Part shown: positions 1 to 9,271 of the stretch, in pieces
Layout: each line of letters starts with the position of its first letter
How positions within the stretch are numbered: position 1 is the first letter of the stretch
Assembly (NCBI GenBank): GCA_900538765.1
Contig: UQAB01000007.1
Location: 939-64,938 of the forward strand
Reading direction: 5' to 3'
DNA length: 64,000 bases
Source of the DNA: an uncultured Azospirillum sp.
GTDB lineage: Bacteria > Pseudomonadota > Alphaproteobacteria > RF32 > CAG-239
Translations under genes and position numbers: made by a program
Notes under the pieces: model-generated
Databases searched by the model: none
What the model saw: only the letters and a program-made list of their open reading frames with translations
Told to the model about the DNA's origin: nothing

Positions 1-936
1 GCGGCTGATAGCCTCGCCGACTTTGAAAACCGGCGGGGAAGGCTGCCATTGGCTGTAAATCTCAAGTTTTTCCGCCGGAATCCACCATTGCGTATTAGCG
101 GCGGCCGGTCTGACAATGATATTTTGCTCTTGTGTTGTTAATACAACCGGGTTCCTTGTCGCCGACATATCCGAAATGCTCAGCCCGATATCGCCGAACT
201 GGCTGTCGATAAGCTGTTGCAACGGGTTAGAACGGCGCCGTCCGGTTAAGTAATAACCGTCAAACCGGGCTTGAGGAAGCTTTAGCGTGCCGCTTTTCTG
301 CGGAAACAAAGCATATTTGAATTTGATAACCCGGACGCTCTGGCCGTTAATGACTTTGCTTTCCAGCGTCGGTTCTCCCAATCCCAGAATGTTCCAGTCA
401 TTTTGCGCTTCCGAGTCAAAATAAGGCGCGCTCCCCTGCAAGCCTCCGGCGTCAAAAATAGAAACGGTCATATTGACTTCCTGCTGAACATAAGGGGAGG
501 TGTTATCAATTTCAGCCGAGATGGCATATTTGGGCATATTTTCTTCCCCGGCTTTAATCGCGGAAGCATCTCCCGCCGGAATAACATTAATTTCCAGCGC
601 CTGGCTGCGATTTCCGTCAAGGCTGACCGCCGGAATTAAAATTTTTCCCACCCCCTTAGGCATAAGGCCGATATTCCATTTTTGCAGCTGATATGTTTTG
701 CCGTTGTCGTAAATATTTTGGAATTCCTGTTCCATTGAAAAAATATTAAAATCTTTTTTCAAAACACTTAAATCCGGTGTCTTGTCTGTGTGTGCACCAA
801 GATATTCCAAGGTCAGGACGACAACTTCACCTTGGGGAATTTCCGGCCGGTTAACACTCGCTGTCAAAGTCCGGGCCATTGCTGAAGTGCTGTCCAGACA
901 GGCAATTATCATTAACAGGGCTAAAATTTTTTTCAT
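1..936 (-). CDS. batD: BatD-like oxygen-tolerance protein, N-terminal part (gene continues past the window start)
   Basis: Absent from the ORF track because there is no stop in the window. Manual reverse translation from ATG at 936 gives MKKILALLMIIACLDSTSAMARTLTASVNRPEIPQGEVVVLTLEYLGAHTDK..., a signal peptide followed by a BatD-style opening. Lies directly downstream of batA/batB-like genes on the same strand. Confidence 0.7.
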   Translation of the reverse strand, partial: MKKILALLMIIACLDSTSAMARTLTASVNRPEIPQGEVVVLTLEYLGAHTDKTPDLSVLKKDFNIFSMEQEFQNIYDNGKTYQLQKWNIGLMPKGVGKILIPAVSLDGNRSQALEINVIPAGDASAIKAGEENMPKYAISAEIDNTSPYVQQEVNMTVSIFDAGGLQGSAPYFDSEAQNDWNILGLGEPTLESKVINGQSVRVIKFKYALFPQKSGTLKLPQARFDGYYLTGRRRSNPLQQLIDSQFGDIGLSISDMSATRNPVVLTTQEQNIIVRPAAANTQWWIPAEKLEIYSQWQPSPPVFKVGEAISR

Positions 937-941
937 TTTTT

Positions 942-2705
942 TTAATCCTTATACCGGTTTTTCAAATATTCCTTGTAAATATATGCGCGAAGCAGGCCGC
1001 CTGGGTCTTCGGGAATGTCCCGATACTGTTGTTCCAGAGCTTGGGCGCGTTCGTCATACGTATTGCTGTCATCATCAGCCGCTTTGCCGGCTGTTGGAGC
1101 CTGCCTTTGTTGTTCAGGCAGTTTTTCTCTGGCTTCTTCACCGGAACGGAAAGATTCGTTTTGTTGTTTCTCTCCTTCGCTGCTTTGCTGTTCTGATGGC
1201 GATTCTACATTTTGTTTTTCGTTATTTTGTTTGCTGTTGCCGTCCTGCGGCTCTTGTTCCCGGCTGTCCTGACTGCCTTGTTGTTGGCTTGAAGACTGTT
1301 GGCCTTGTTGATTGTCCTGAGCGTTTTGTTCATTTTGCTCAGATTGGGAAGAGTCTTGTTGCGCATTGTTCTCTTGCCGTTCTTCATTATTTTCGCCGTT
1401 GCCGCCTGATTGTTGCTGATTTTGTTGTTGCTGCTGTTTTTTCAGATAATCCAGGTTGAATTTCGCATCTTCATGCTGAGGGTTTTGTTCCAGAACATTT
1501 TCATATTTTTTTATTGCCTCATTGATTTTTCCTGATTTTGCCAGGGCATTGCCCTGATTATATAAGGCTTCGACAGTATTTTCTTTGGAAAATTCACGGT
1601 AAGCGGCATCATAATTTCCGCTTTTGTATAAACTGGAAGCTTTCCAGCTGGGCTGCTGAAATTTTTGTGCCGCTGTCTGATAATCGCCCCGGTTAAAAGC
1701 CCGCTGTCCTTCCTGATTGTCAGTCAGAAAAAATCCGGCCTGGGCGTTATGCAATGTCAGCAGAATAAATCCGACAGCCAAAATGCCGCGCCTGAAAAAG
1801 TACAAACAGCAGAGCAGGGGAAGAACAACGAGATAAACGCCGTAATCCAGCCAGATTGTCCGCATATTTTCGGCCTCTTTAAATTCCTGGTTTTGCTCTT
1901 GCTCCATAAAACTGCTGATTTTCATAACATCTTGATCCCCAGATGAAATCTGGCTGTAAATACCTTTTCCCTTTTGAGCAATCAACTCAAGCTGCTCTGA
2001 TTTTTTCGAAGCTGTAGCCAAAACGGAAACTTTATAATCGTTTATTCCCGCTGTTTCCGCTGCTTTTAGCGCAGCGGCAAAATCGGTTCCGCCGTCGCCG
2101 CTGAATATCACAATGTTACCGTTTGCATAACCGGTGTTTTTCAGCTTTTCAGCCGCCAGAGAAATGGCCCTGTCCAGCCGTTCGCCGTTCAAAGGCATAA
2201 TTTCCGGTGTAATTTCCGGAAGCAGGTTGTCAATAAGGCGGGCATCATCGGTAATCGGCGTAATCAGAAAGGGTTCTTGCGTATAAATAATCAAACCGGC
2301 TTGTCTGCCTTTCAGCAGTTTTAACAAATCGCCGATTTTGTATTTGGCTCTGGCCAGACGGTTGGGTGACAAATCTTGCCGCGCCATTTCCGATGATACA
2401 TCAAGAACCAGCATAACCGGATTTTGCAGACTGAGATTCGGTACTTCGGTTTTCTGCCATGATGGCCCGGCGGCAGCTGAAATTGCGCTGATAAAACCGA
2501 TAAGAGCCGTCAGAGAGATAAATCTGGATTGGGCGGAACCGCTGCGGATGAGCAGAAAGTCCAGCAGCCTTTTGTCGCAGACTTTTTGCCAAGAGGATTT
2601 TACCGCTGTTTTTCCCGAAAATTTTGCATAGAAAAGCAATGGCAAAAGCATAGCCAATAGCCACCACGGGCGGATAAAATGAAAATTTTCAATAAACTCT
2701 TCCAT
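942..2705 (-). CDS. batB: BatB-like vWA-domain membrane protein fused to a TPR (BatC-like) region and a Q/N/E-rich tail
   Basis: 587 aa. N-terminal TM, vWA core (VMLVLDVSSEM, IVIFSGDGG), second TM, TPR-like YNQGNALAKSGKINEAIKKYENVL, then ~150 aa of low-complexity Q/N/E/S. Confidence 0.75.
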   Translation of the reverse strand: MEEFIENFHFIRPWWLLAMLLPLLFYAKFSGKTAVKSSWQKVCDKRLLDFLLIRSGSAQSRFISLTALIGFISAISAAAGPSWQKTEVPNLSLQNPVMLVLDVSSEMARQDLSPNRLARAKYKIGDLLKLLKGRQAGLIIYTQEPFLITPITDDARLIDNLLPEITPEIMPLNGERLDRAISLAAEKLKNTGYANGNIVIFSGDGGTDFAAALKAAETAGINDYKVSVLATASKKSEQLELIAQKGKGIYSQISSGDQDVMKISSFMEQEQNQEFKEAENMRTIWLDYGVYLVVLPLLCCLYFFRRGILAVGFILLTLHNAQAGFFLTDNQEGQRAFNRGDYQTAAQKFQQPSWKASSLYKSGNYDAAYREFSKENTVEALYNQGNALAKSGKINEAIKKYENVLEQNPQHEDAKFNLDYLKKQQQQQNQQQSGGNGENNEERQENNAQQDSSQSEQNEQNAQDNQQGQQSSSQQQGSQDSREQEPQDGNSKQNNEKQNVESPSEQQSSEGEKQQNESFRSGEEAREKLPEQQRQAPTAGKAADDDSNTYDERAQALEQQYRDIPEDPGGLLRAYIYKEYLKNRYKD

Positions 2706-3710
2706 CTATTTCCTCCGCCGATATAACAGCAACAGAAAGGCAACAGCCATTGCCGCCGCCAGCGGCCAGTAAAAACGTTCTACCGTTTCCCGAATGTACT
2801 GTTCGTCATTGTGGGAGGTTTCCATCCGGTCAATTTCTTCATAAATCCGTTCCAGAGATTTTGTGTCTTTGGCTCTGAAATAAGTGCCTTTGGTTTCCTC
2901 GGCGATTTCAGCCAGGCTTTCTTCATCAAGTCCTGAACTGCCGCCGATTTGAATGCCGAAAAGCGTCACCCCTGTCATGTTATCGGAGCCGACACCGATT
3001 GTGTAAATTTTAACGTTTTCCTGCTTGGCCAGACGAACGGCCTGCGCAATAGATAAGCTGCCGTCATTGTTTTCACCGTCAGTCATCAGGACAATAACTT
3101 TTTTGTCCTTGTTAGGAGAATTTCTGAGTGTTTTTAGTGCCAGTCCCAAAGCATCGCCGATAGCGGTTGAATTTCCGGCCATGCCAGCGTCCATGGACCA
3201 CAAAATTTCCTCAACAGATTTCTTATCATAGGTAATCGGCGCCTGTAAATAAGCTCTGGTCCCGAATAAAATAAGGCCGATACGGTCATCAACGCGCTTT
3301 CTGATAAAATCAGAAGCTGTTTTCTTTATTGCAGTCAATCGGTCAACGCGCCGCTGCCCGATAATAAAATCAGGTTCCATCATGGAAGTTGAAATATCGG
3401 CAACCAGCAGAATGTCGCGGCTTAAACCGGGCAAACGTATCGGTTCGCCAATCCACTGCGGGCGGGCTAATGCTGTCGTCAAAAGCGTCCAGACCAGATA
3501 TAAAAGAAAAAAGGAAAAAGAAAAGAAAGCGTTGCGGCCGCTTGTCGAACGCCAGCCTCTGCCGCTTTGTGCACTGATGATTTCAATGTCTTTCAAAAAC
3601 GGGATCTTCAGAGCGTCGCCGTGCATTCCTTTAGCGCGCGGCATAAACAGGCGGAAAAAGAAAGGCAGAACGAGCAGCCAGAACATTTCGGGATTGGCAA
3701 AATGGTTCAT
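2706..3710 (-). CDS. batA: BatA-like vWA-domain membrane protein
   Basis: 334 aa. TM segments plus vWA MIDAS motif (ILLVADISTSM, VIVLMTDGENN). Abuts batB with no gap. Confidence 0.8.
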   Translation of the reverse strand: MNHFANPEMFWLLVLPFFFRLFMPRAKGMHGDALKIPFLKDIEIISAQSGRGWRSTSGRNAFFSFSFFLLYLVWTLLTTALARPQWIGEPIRLPGLSRDILLVADISTSMMEPDFIIGQRRVDRLTAIKKTASDFIRKRVDDRIGLILFGTRAYLQAPITYDKKSVEEILWSMDAGMAGNSTAIGDALGLALKTLRNSPNKDKKVIVLMTDGENNDGSLSIAQAVRLAKQENVKIYTIGVGSDNMTGVTLFGIQIGGSSGLDEESLAEIAEETKGTYFRAKDTKSLERIYEEIDRMETSHNDEQYIRETVERFYWPLAAAMAVAFLLLLYRRRK

Positions 3711-4156
3711 AAGTTTTCTCCGATCCAGCTGATACAGAAATTCCTCAGTTCTCGAATTTCCCGCGGCTCATAAGTATGCGCATTTTTGTTAAGATACGGG
3801 GCGTTAATCAAAAGTTCCGCTGCTTTGCCTGAAAGTTTCTTCCGGCAGTGCCTGTTAAGAAAATCAATCCATTCGTTGCCGAAAAGCGCAGCAGCTTCTT
3901 TATACTTTATCAAACAGATTCTCCTGAGTATTTCTGACATTCCGGCTGCGGCGGCAACCGTGTCTGCACCATAAGCTTCCAACAGCGAAAGGGCATATTG
4001 CTTTTTACTCCGTTTCCGAGATTTTCTGAACAGAACATATAAAAACGCAAGAAAAATGATTCCCGCCAAAATCACCCACCAGCCGTAAGCCGGCGGAAAA
4101 GCCGGGATGCTTTCCGGTAGATGTATGTCGCGTAATTCCGGTAAATTGTCTTGCAT
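3707..4156 (-). CDS. DUF4381-like small membrane protein, first gene of the Bat operon as seen here
   Basis: 149 aa. Opens LPELRDIHLPESIPAFPPAYGWWVILAGIIFLAF, as DUF4381 proteins upstream of batA typically do. 4-nt overlap with batA. Confidence 0.6.
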   Translation of the reverse strand: MQDNLPELRDIHLPESIPAFPPAYGWWVILAGIIFLAFLYVLFRKSRKRSKKQYALSLLEAYGADTVAAAAGMSEILRRICLIKYKEAAALFGNEWIDFLNRHCRKKLSGKAAELLINAPYLNKNAHTYEPREIRELRNFCISWIGENL

Positions 4157-4290
4157 TTTTTTATCCTTGTTTCCTTTCTGTAAATTTAAGTCTTCCGCAG
4201 TGGGAAATCAATAGGAATAATAATCAAACATACTTTATAAGTCTTTAAAATAAAATACCCCCGCAGTTATAAAAACTTTGGGGGATGATA

Positions 4291-4431
4291 TCAGATTTTT
4301 GCATAATTCAGAGAACGCCGTTTGTTGTTTGTCGATACGGCGACTTTCTGTTGTACTTTGTAACGGTTGTTCTGAACGCGGACATTGGCTCTCCAGCCGT
4401 TAATAATTGTTGTAAATTCTCTTGTTTTCAT
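4291..4431 (-). CDS. Possible 46-aa basic small protein (below the ORF-track cutoff)
   Basis: Manual translation: MKTREFTTIINGWRANVRVQNNRYKVQQKVAVSTNNKRRSLNYAKI. Starts 20 nt after the stop of the 4452-5231 gene and is followed by an imperfect CCCCC..GGGGG hairpin plus T-rich tract. No Shine-Dalgarno. Confidence 0.25.
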   Translation of the reverse strand: MKTREFTTIINGWRANVRVQNNRYKVQQKVAVSTNNKRRSLNYAKI

Positions 4432-4451
4432 AAAAATTGTTTTTTGTTAAG

Positions 4452-5231
4452 TTAAACATAATTATTTTTTCTCAAAGACCAGTATTCTTCCATCATAAAA
4501 GGAGTAATCCTGAACTCAAACCATGGGGAATACAAGGTATAGAATTTAAATTTTTCAATATAATCTGAAAAATTGTCTTCATTAATGTCATCATTGGCAA
4601 TTGCCATATCAAAAAACAGCATATTATTGCCGTTTTTCAAAAAGTCCAAATACTCTTCAGGAAGTTTTTCCTTGCTGGAACAAAAATCGTTTTCAATAAG
4701 CCAGTTTCTGATTTCGGGAAGCAGCTGCACACCCGGTAACGTTGAAATTTTAACGATTTCACAGCAGAATTTCACTTCATTTTGCAGGCGAACGTAACTT
4801 TTATATGACAAATTCATCGTGTCGGCAAAATAATCCAAACGGGCACGGATAAAAATCGGCAAAGAAACATATTCCTGACGTAAAACGCCCATTTTTTCCG
4901 GCGCTTCTTTGGCAAATCTGGTTTCTCTCTGCCGGTTTTCTTCAATCCTTTTTTTCATGTCTTCGGGATAATCTTCCGGCTGTAAATGATACAGCGGCTT
5001 GCTGTCAACCAACACGCCGATAATTTCGTCGTCACATTTTTCCAAAGTCAGAAAATGTCTTTTGTTTTTCTGCCACGGCCAGTAAAATTTCAGGGGAATT
5101 TTTTTATTGAAAAAATTTTCGCTGATTTTAATTTGCCGTTCTTTGCTGTTCAAAGGATTGAGGCTTTTGTAATAAATAACATTGTTTTCGATACGGGATA
5201 TTTCCCATGTTTCACTTTTATACTTATACAT
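4452..5231 (-). CDS. Hypothetical cytoplasmic protein, no recognisable domain
   Basis: 259-aa ORF in an AT-rich accessory patch, divergent from the first member of the paralogue array. No signal peptide or TM. Confidence 0.6.
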   Translation of the reverse strand: MYKYKSETWEISRIENNVIYYKSLNPLNSKERQIKISENFFNKKIPLKFYWPWQKNKRHFLTLEKCDDEIIGVLVDSKPLYHLQPEDYPEDMKKRIEENRQRETRFAKEAPEKMGVLRQEYVSLPIFIRARLDYFADTMNLSYKSYVRLQNEVKFCCEIVKISTLPGVQLLPEIRNWLIENDFCSSKEKLPEEYLDFLKNGNNMLFFDMAIANDDINEDNFSDYIEKFKFYTLYSPWFEFRITPFMMEEYWSLRKNNYV

Positions 5232-5379
5232 AATATAGATAAATTAATAAATTTTACATGAAAATAACATATGAAACGTAAGGATGCAACAGAAAAAGTC
5301 AAAAATATTGACAAAAAAACAGGCTGTGTTATCATCTGCTCAACTAATTATTATTGTGTCATACTAAATATTTAAGATT

Positions 5380-6507
5380 ATGGAAAAATTATTTAATGAA
5401 CTTGAATGGCTTAAACGTCAGTTTTCTCAAGGAAAGTGGGATTTAATCAGCGGTTATGTCAAAAAAAACGGCTTGCGGGAAGAAAGTCTTGCCTTTCTTT
5501 ATGAACAGTATGAAAACGGTACCTCAAAAGATGATGTGCTTCAGTTGTTTTTATGGATTTTTAAGCATAAGATGGTGCCTGATTGTGTCTGGAAAGTGAT
5601 AAGCATTGAATTCCCTCAGCTTATCCTTGATGCCAAATACGGCTGTCCCGATGCAGAAACGGAGTATAATATTATTTTTTATGCGCTGAAAGAAAAAAAA
5701 TATGACAATGCAAAAGCTTACATTGTTTCAAGAGGTTTGTTTCCGGAAACGCAAAAAGCATTATGCTCGTTTTATTATTCTTTAGAAAAGCAGCACAAAA
5801 CGAATGATGCCGAGGAAATTATTTCCTTGTTGCGACATTTGTTCTGTTCAGAGAAAAATATAACAATTATTGAGGAAGTCGGACTGCTTATGCTCAAAAC
5901 GCATCAGGATTTGGTTTATTTCTCGGGGCGGAAATATTCCCTGCCGCTTGGTAGCGAACTGAAAATTTCGGATTATTACGCACCTGAAGAAGCGATAGAC
6001 TATTGTCGGTGCCGAAGCAGAGAGGAGAATGCACTGGCGTGGGTGAAATTTTTCAAAGACATGATTTTGAAAGATTATCAACATCTTGCTGCCGATATTT
6101 TGTATAGTGTCAGTGCGGAAGATGAAGCCGAACTTGTCAAAATCCATCCTGAAATGGTTTTGGCTAGAATGGCCAAAGGTGGCATTCATAATTCTTCCCT
6201 GATTGATTTTATATTCAGTCAGAATAAGGAATTTCAGGACAAAATCTGGCTGCTTCTTAATAAGGGTAAAGGCCGGATAAGAGGACAGGCATATGACTAT
6301 TTCTGCAAAATCCGCCCGGATAATGAAATCTTAAATCTCTTGGATGCTTGTATTTCCTACAATATTGGAGATATTGTTCTGAGCAAACAAGGAGAAAAAG
6401 ATTTTTTGGCGCGCAAGGATTGTCCGCTTTCTCAGAATTTATACCGCCAGCAATGTGGCCCCAAGGGATATTATTACGAAAAGCCATGGTGGAAATTTTG
6501 GGAGTAA
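5380..6507 (+). CDS. Unknown-function paralogue family, copy 1
   Basis: 375 aa. Shares blocks with copies 2 and 3 (LEWLKRQ..GKW, GLFPETQKAL, DYYAPEEAIDY, FIFSQNKEFQDKIW, RKDCPLS). TTGACA-N16-TATCAT at 5308-5335. No SD. Confidence 0.75.
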   Translation: MEKLFNELEWLKRQFSQGKWDLISGYVKKNGLREESLAFLYEQYENGTSKDDVLQLFLWIFKHKMVPDCVWKVISIEFPQLILDAKYGCPDAETEYNIIFYALKEKKYDNAKAYIVSRGLFPETQKALCSFYYSLEKQHKTNDAEEIISLLRHLFCSEKNITIIEEVGLLMLKTHQDLVYFSGRKYSLPLGSELKISDYYAPEEAIDYCRCRSREENALAWVKFFKDMILKDYQHLAADILYSVSAEDEAELVKIHPEMVLARMAKGGIHNSSLIDFIFSQNKEFQDKIWLLLNKGKGRIRGQAYDYFCKIRPDNEILNLLDACISYNIGDIVLSKQGEKDFLARKDCPLSQNLYRQQCGPKGYYYEKPWWKFWE

Positions 6508-6515
6508 AGCAAAAA

Positions 6516-6545
6516 AGCTCTGAGCATTAACTCAGAGCTTTTTTG
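6516..6545 (+). terminator. Rho-independent terminator after paralogue 1
   Basis: AGCTCTGAG-cattaa-CTCAGAGCT followed by a T-run. Confidence 0.8.
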
Positions 6546-6600
6546 TTGACTTATTTTTTTATGGGTTATATATCTGTAGACATAAAAGTATTTTTATGTC
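6546..6600 (+). promoter_or_regulatory. Promoter-like TTGACT, then a 22-bp palindrome 27 nt downstream, ahead of paralogue 2
   Basis: TTGACT at 6546-6551. GACATAAAA-gtat-TTTTATGTC at 6579-6600. Same spacing as the copy-3 arrangement. Confidence 0.5.
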
Positions 6601-6625
6601 AAATTTAATATTAAATATTTGTATT

Positions 6626-7954
6626 ATGAAAAATTTAAATGAAACCAAATGGATTCTTCGTCAGGTTAAAGCTGGTGAATGGGAAAACGTCTGCGATTAT
6701 GTCCGGACATCGGGATTATCGCAAACAAGTCAGAAATTTTTTCTGGACGGTTTGACTGCCGTGGGAACAGGATTGTGTTGTGACAGCCCGGAATATATTT
6801 TTCCGCCGAATACCAAAAATGCCAAAAATCATATCGAGAGTTGTTTTAAGATTTTGATTGAGGAATATTATGGAAAAACGCTTCCTGAGATATTGGCTTA
6901 CATGGTAAAGCAGGAAAATATCGTGCCTTGGCTGATTGAGGAAGCCGCAAAGAAACCGATTTTTACGGAAGAGTTGGAGCTGACGGCAATGAAGACAGTA
7001 ATCAACTGCTGCTACAGCCATGATTATAGAATAAGGTCATTTACCTTTAATTGTTATGCAGATTCCTTAAAGGATACAAAAGGGCATGATGGTTTATATC
7101 CGCAGACGCAGCAATTTCTTTGTCAGATATATAACCAGGAAAAACAGCTTGATAGAAACCAAAGAAATGATAGTGTTTACGACTTTTGTTGCGAAGTCCT
7201 AAACAATTTTCTAGAAAAACATTATGCCATTCCTGAGGCTTACATGATTTGGCTCAAGGAAAAAAAGCCTCTGGCTGAGCTTCACTGCAAAAAACTGCCG
7301 CGGGAAGTTGAGGGCAGCCTCGTGGACTATTATCCTTGGGAAGATATTGTCAGCTATTTTCAAAGATGTCGAAATATGGATTTTTATAAAGAAACCTTGG
7401 TTCTTTTTCTGAAATTCTTTTTTAGGTGTCCTCGCTGCTATGGACGCTTCCTTGGTTCAGTGGAGCAAATAATAAATAAAATGCTGCCATTGCTTAATGT
7501 TGAACAGGAAGCTGAGTTAGCTGCTGAAATTCCTGAGATATTGCTTCTGAAAATAAAACAAGACGATGGGCGGCTCCTTGGTAACTTGCGTTTTGTTTTT
7601 TCTCAAGATGAAGATTATCAAAAAAGATTTTGGGGATTTATAAAGCAAAATCTCCAAAAATTAGAACCTTCGGCATTGCATGAACTTTTTACGCAATGCA
7701 GTGATGAGAATATCCTTAAATACCTGGACATTTTTATCGCAGCAGCCGGAGAGAATGTAAAGTCCGTCGATTGGTGGAAAAAAACAGAAAAAAGCTTTTT
7801 GGAACGAACCGATTGCCCGCAGTCTTATGAACTTTATATAGATATCTTTGGCTCTTGGGGATTTTATAAAACGTTTCTGAATAAAGAAAAAACGGATAAT
7901 CGGGTAACGAAAAGCGGACTGTGGAGCCGTATTGTCCGCTGGCTTGGTTTCTGA
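6626..7954 (+). CDS. Unknown-function paralogue family, copy 2
   Basis: ORF track starts at 6596, but that ATG lies inside the palindrome. Alignment with copies 1 and 3 (MKNLNETKWILRQ vs MEKLFNELEWLKRQ / MKSFSQKWIERQ) favours ATG 6626. Blocks: GLYPQTQQFL, DYYPWEDIVSY, FVFSQDEDYQKRFW, RTDCPQS. Confidence 0.7.
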   Translation: MKNLNETKWILRQVKAGEWENVCDYVRTSGLSQTSQKFFLDGLTAVGTGLCCDSPEYIFPPNTKNAKNHIESCFKILIEEYYGKTLPEILAYMVKQENIVPWLIEEAAKKPIFTEELELTAMKTVINCCYSHDYRIRSFTFNCYADSLKDTKGHDGLYPQTQQFLCQIYNQEKQLDRNQRNDSVYDFCCEVLNNFLEKHYAIPEAYMIWLKEKKPLAELHCKKLPREVEGSLVDYYPWEDIVSYFQRCRNMDFYKETLVLFLKFFFRCPRCYGRFLGSVEQIINKMLPLLNVEQEAELAAEIPEILLLKIKQDDGRLLGNLRFVFSQDEDYQKRFWGFIKQNLQKLEPSALHELFTQCSDENILKYLDIFIAAAGENVKSVDWWKKTEKSFLERTDCPQSYELYIDIFGSWGFYKTFLNKEKTDNRVTKSGLWSRIVRWLGF

Positions 7955-7988
7955 TAAAAAACGCCTTCTTAAAAGAAGGCGTTTTTTA
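7955..7988 (+). terminator. Rho-independent terminator after paralogue 2
   Basis: AACGCCTTCTT/AAGAAGGCGTT stem plus T-run. Near-identical to the terminator at 9238-9271. Confidence 0.85.
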
Positions 7989-7989
7989 T

Positions 7990-8047
7990 TTGACATATCT
8001 TGTTCTTAATAGTAGGTTATTTGACATAAAAATATTTTTATGTCAAA
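7990..8047 (+). promoter_or_regulatory. Promoter-like TTGACA, then a perfect 28-bp palindrome, ahead of paralogue 3
   Basis: TTGACA at 7990-7995. TTTGACATAAAAAT|ATTTTTATGTCAAA at 8020-8047 is a perfect reverse-complement palindrome. Confidence 0.55.
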
Positions 8048-8065
8048 TAATTAACTTGTACCATT

Positions 8066-9211
8066 ATGAAAAGTTTTAGTCAAAAATGGATTGAACGTCA
8101 GATTGTGTCCCAAAATTGGGATATATTGATTAATTATTGCCTGAGTGTTAGGGTAATGTACGATGATCAGAATATTTTCGTTAAAAAATATGCTGAAAGT
8201 AACGAAGATATTCGGGAAAAAATTCTAAAATGCATTTCTGCTTTAGAGATAAATCCTGAAATAGGTTTGTCGCCAAATGTTTTGTTGCTGTTAGCTGAAA
8301 TTTATCCTGAAGAAGCTCTCTGCCTGAAACCAGGGGTGATGGATATTGAACTGGAAGCGGTAAAGCATATTCTGCCCGAGAAAATGAGTTTTGTTTACGA
8401 ATATGCTCAAACAAACGGCTTGTTTATGGAAACACAATCCTACTTAGTTGATTTGTACCAAAAAAGCGCTGCAGACGCAGCTTTAAGGCAGATGATTCTC
8501 CAGATATTGAAAGCTGTAATGAGTACTCCAAATTCTTGTGCGATAAAAGAAGAAGCAATAGAACTTTTATGCCGGAATAAAGTGGATTTGTCACTGGCTG
8601 AAATCAAGCATGATAAGCTGGTTGATATGTATGTCATCAAATATTATGCGCCTGAAAAAACAGTTCCTTATTTTAATTTTTATTTGCGGAACCTGGGAGC
8701 TATAAGCAGAGAAACAATCCCGCTTGTTATCGAAATGTATCGGAAATTTCTTGATGTTCCGGGAGATGAACGAAATGTTTTGAAAAAATATCTTTCCCAA
8801 ACAACGGAAGCGCAGCAGCTGCATATTGTTCAAACGGATTTTGAGTTGTTTCTGTTTATGCTGAAAGAGGGGGATATTTACAGTGCGGAGGCTGTTAAGT
8901 ATGTTTTTTCTCAGTCAGATGAAATACAAAAAAAGTTTTGGCAGGCTTACAATGAGGGCGCTCAAGACAAAAAGCGGTTTTATTGGCAGCCGACTTCCAC
9001 ACAGTTGCTAAATCTTCCTGACGACATTTTGTGCCAATTATTGATAGCTTGTTTTCAGTCAGACCAACACAAAGTGGAGCGGCTGCTTAAAATTCTGGAG
9101 CAGAGAAATGATTGTCCGAAATCTTTACGGCTGGTTTCCCAAATGAAAAAGCATACCGTCCGGAAGAGTATGATTAATCGGATAAAGTCAGTTTTTTGTA
9201 AAAAGTCCTGA
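8066..9211 (+). CDS. Unknown-function paralogue family, copy 3
   Basis: 381 aa. Blocks: GLFMETQSYL, KYYAPEKTVPY, YVFSQSDEIQKKFW, QRNDCPKS. Confidence 0.75.
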   Translation: MKSFSQKWIERQIVSQNWDILINYCLSVRVMYDDQNIFVKKYAESNEDIREKILKCISALEINPEIGLSPNVLLLLAEIYPEEALCLKPGVMDIELEAVKHILPEKMSFVYEYAQTNGLFMETQSYLVDLYQKSAADAALRQMILQILKAVMSTPNSCAIKEEAIELLCRNKVDLSLAEIKHDKLVDMYVIKYYAPEKTVPYFNFYLRNLGAISRETIPLVIEMYRKFLDVPGDERNVLKKYLSQTTEAQQLHIVQTDFELFLFMLKEGDIYSAEAVKYVFSQSDEIQKKFWQAYNEGAQDKKRFYWQPTSTQLLNLPDDILCQLLIACFQSDQHKVERLLKILEQRNDCPKSLRLVSQMKKHTVRKSMINRIKSVFCKKS

Positions 9212-9237
9212 TTAAAGGCTGAACGTTAATCTATTAT

Positions 9238-9271
9238 AAAAAAACGCCTTCTTTTAAGAAGGCGTTTTTTT
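9238..9271. terminator. Bidirectional terminator between paralogue 3 (+) and tyrS (-)
   Basis: AAAACGCCTTCTT-ttaag?-AAGAAGGCGTTTT stem flanked by an A-run and a T-run. Confidence 0.8.
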
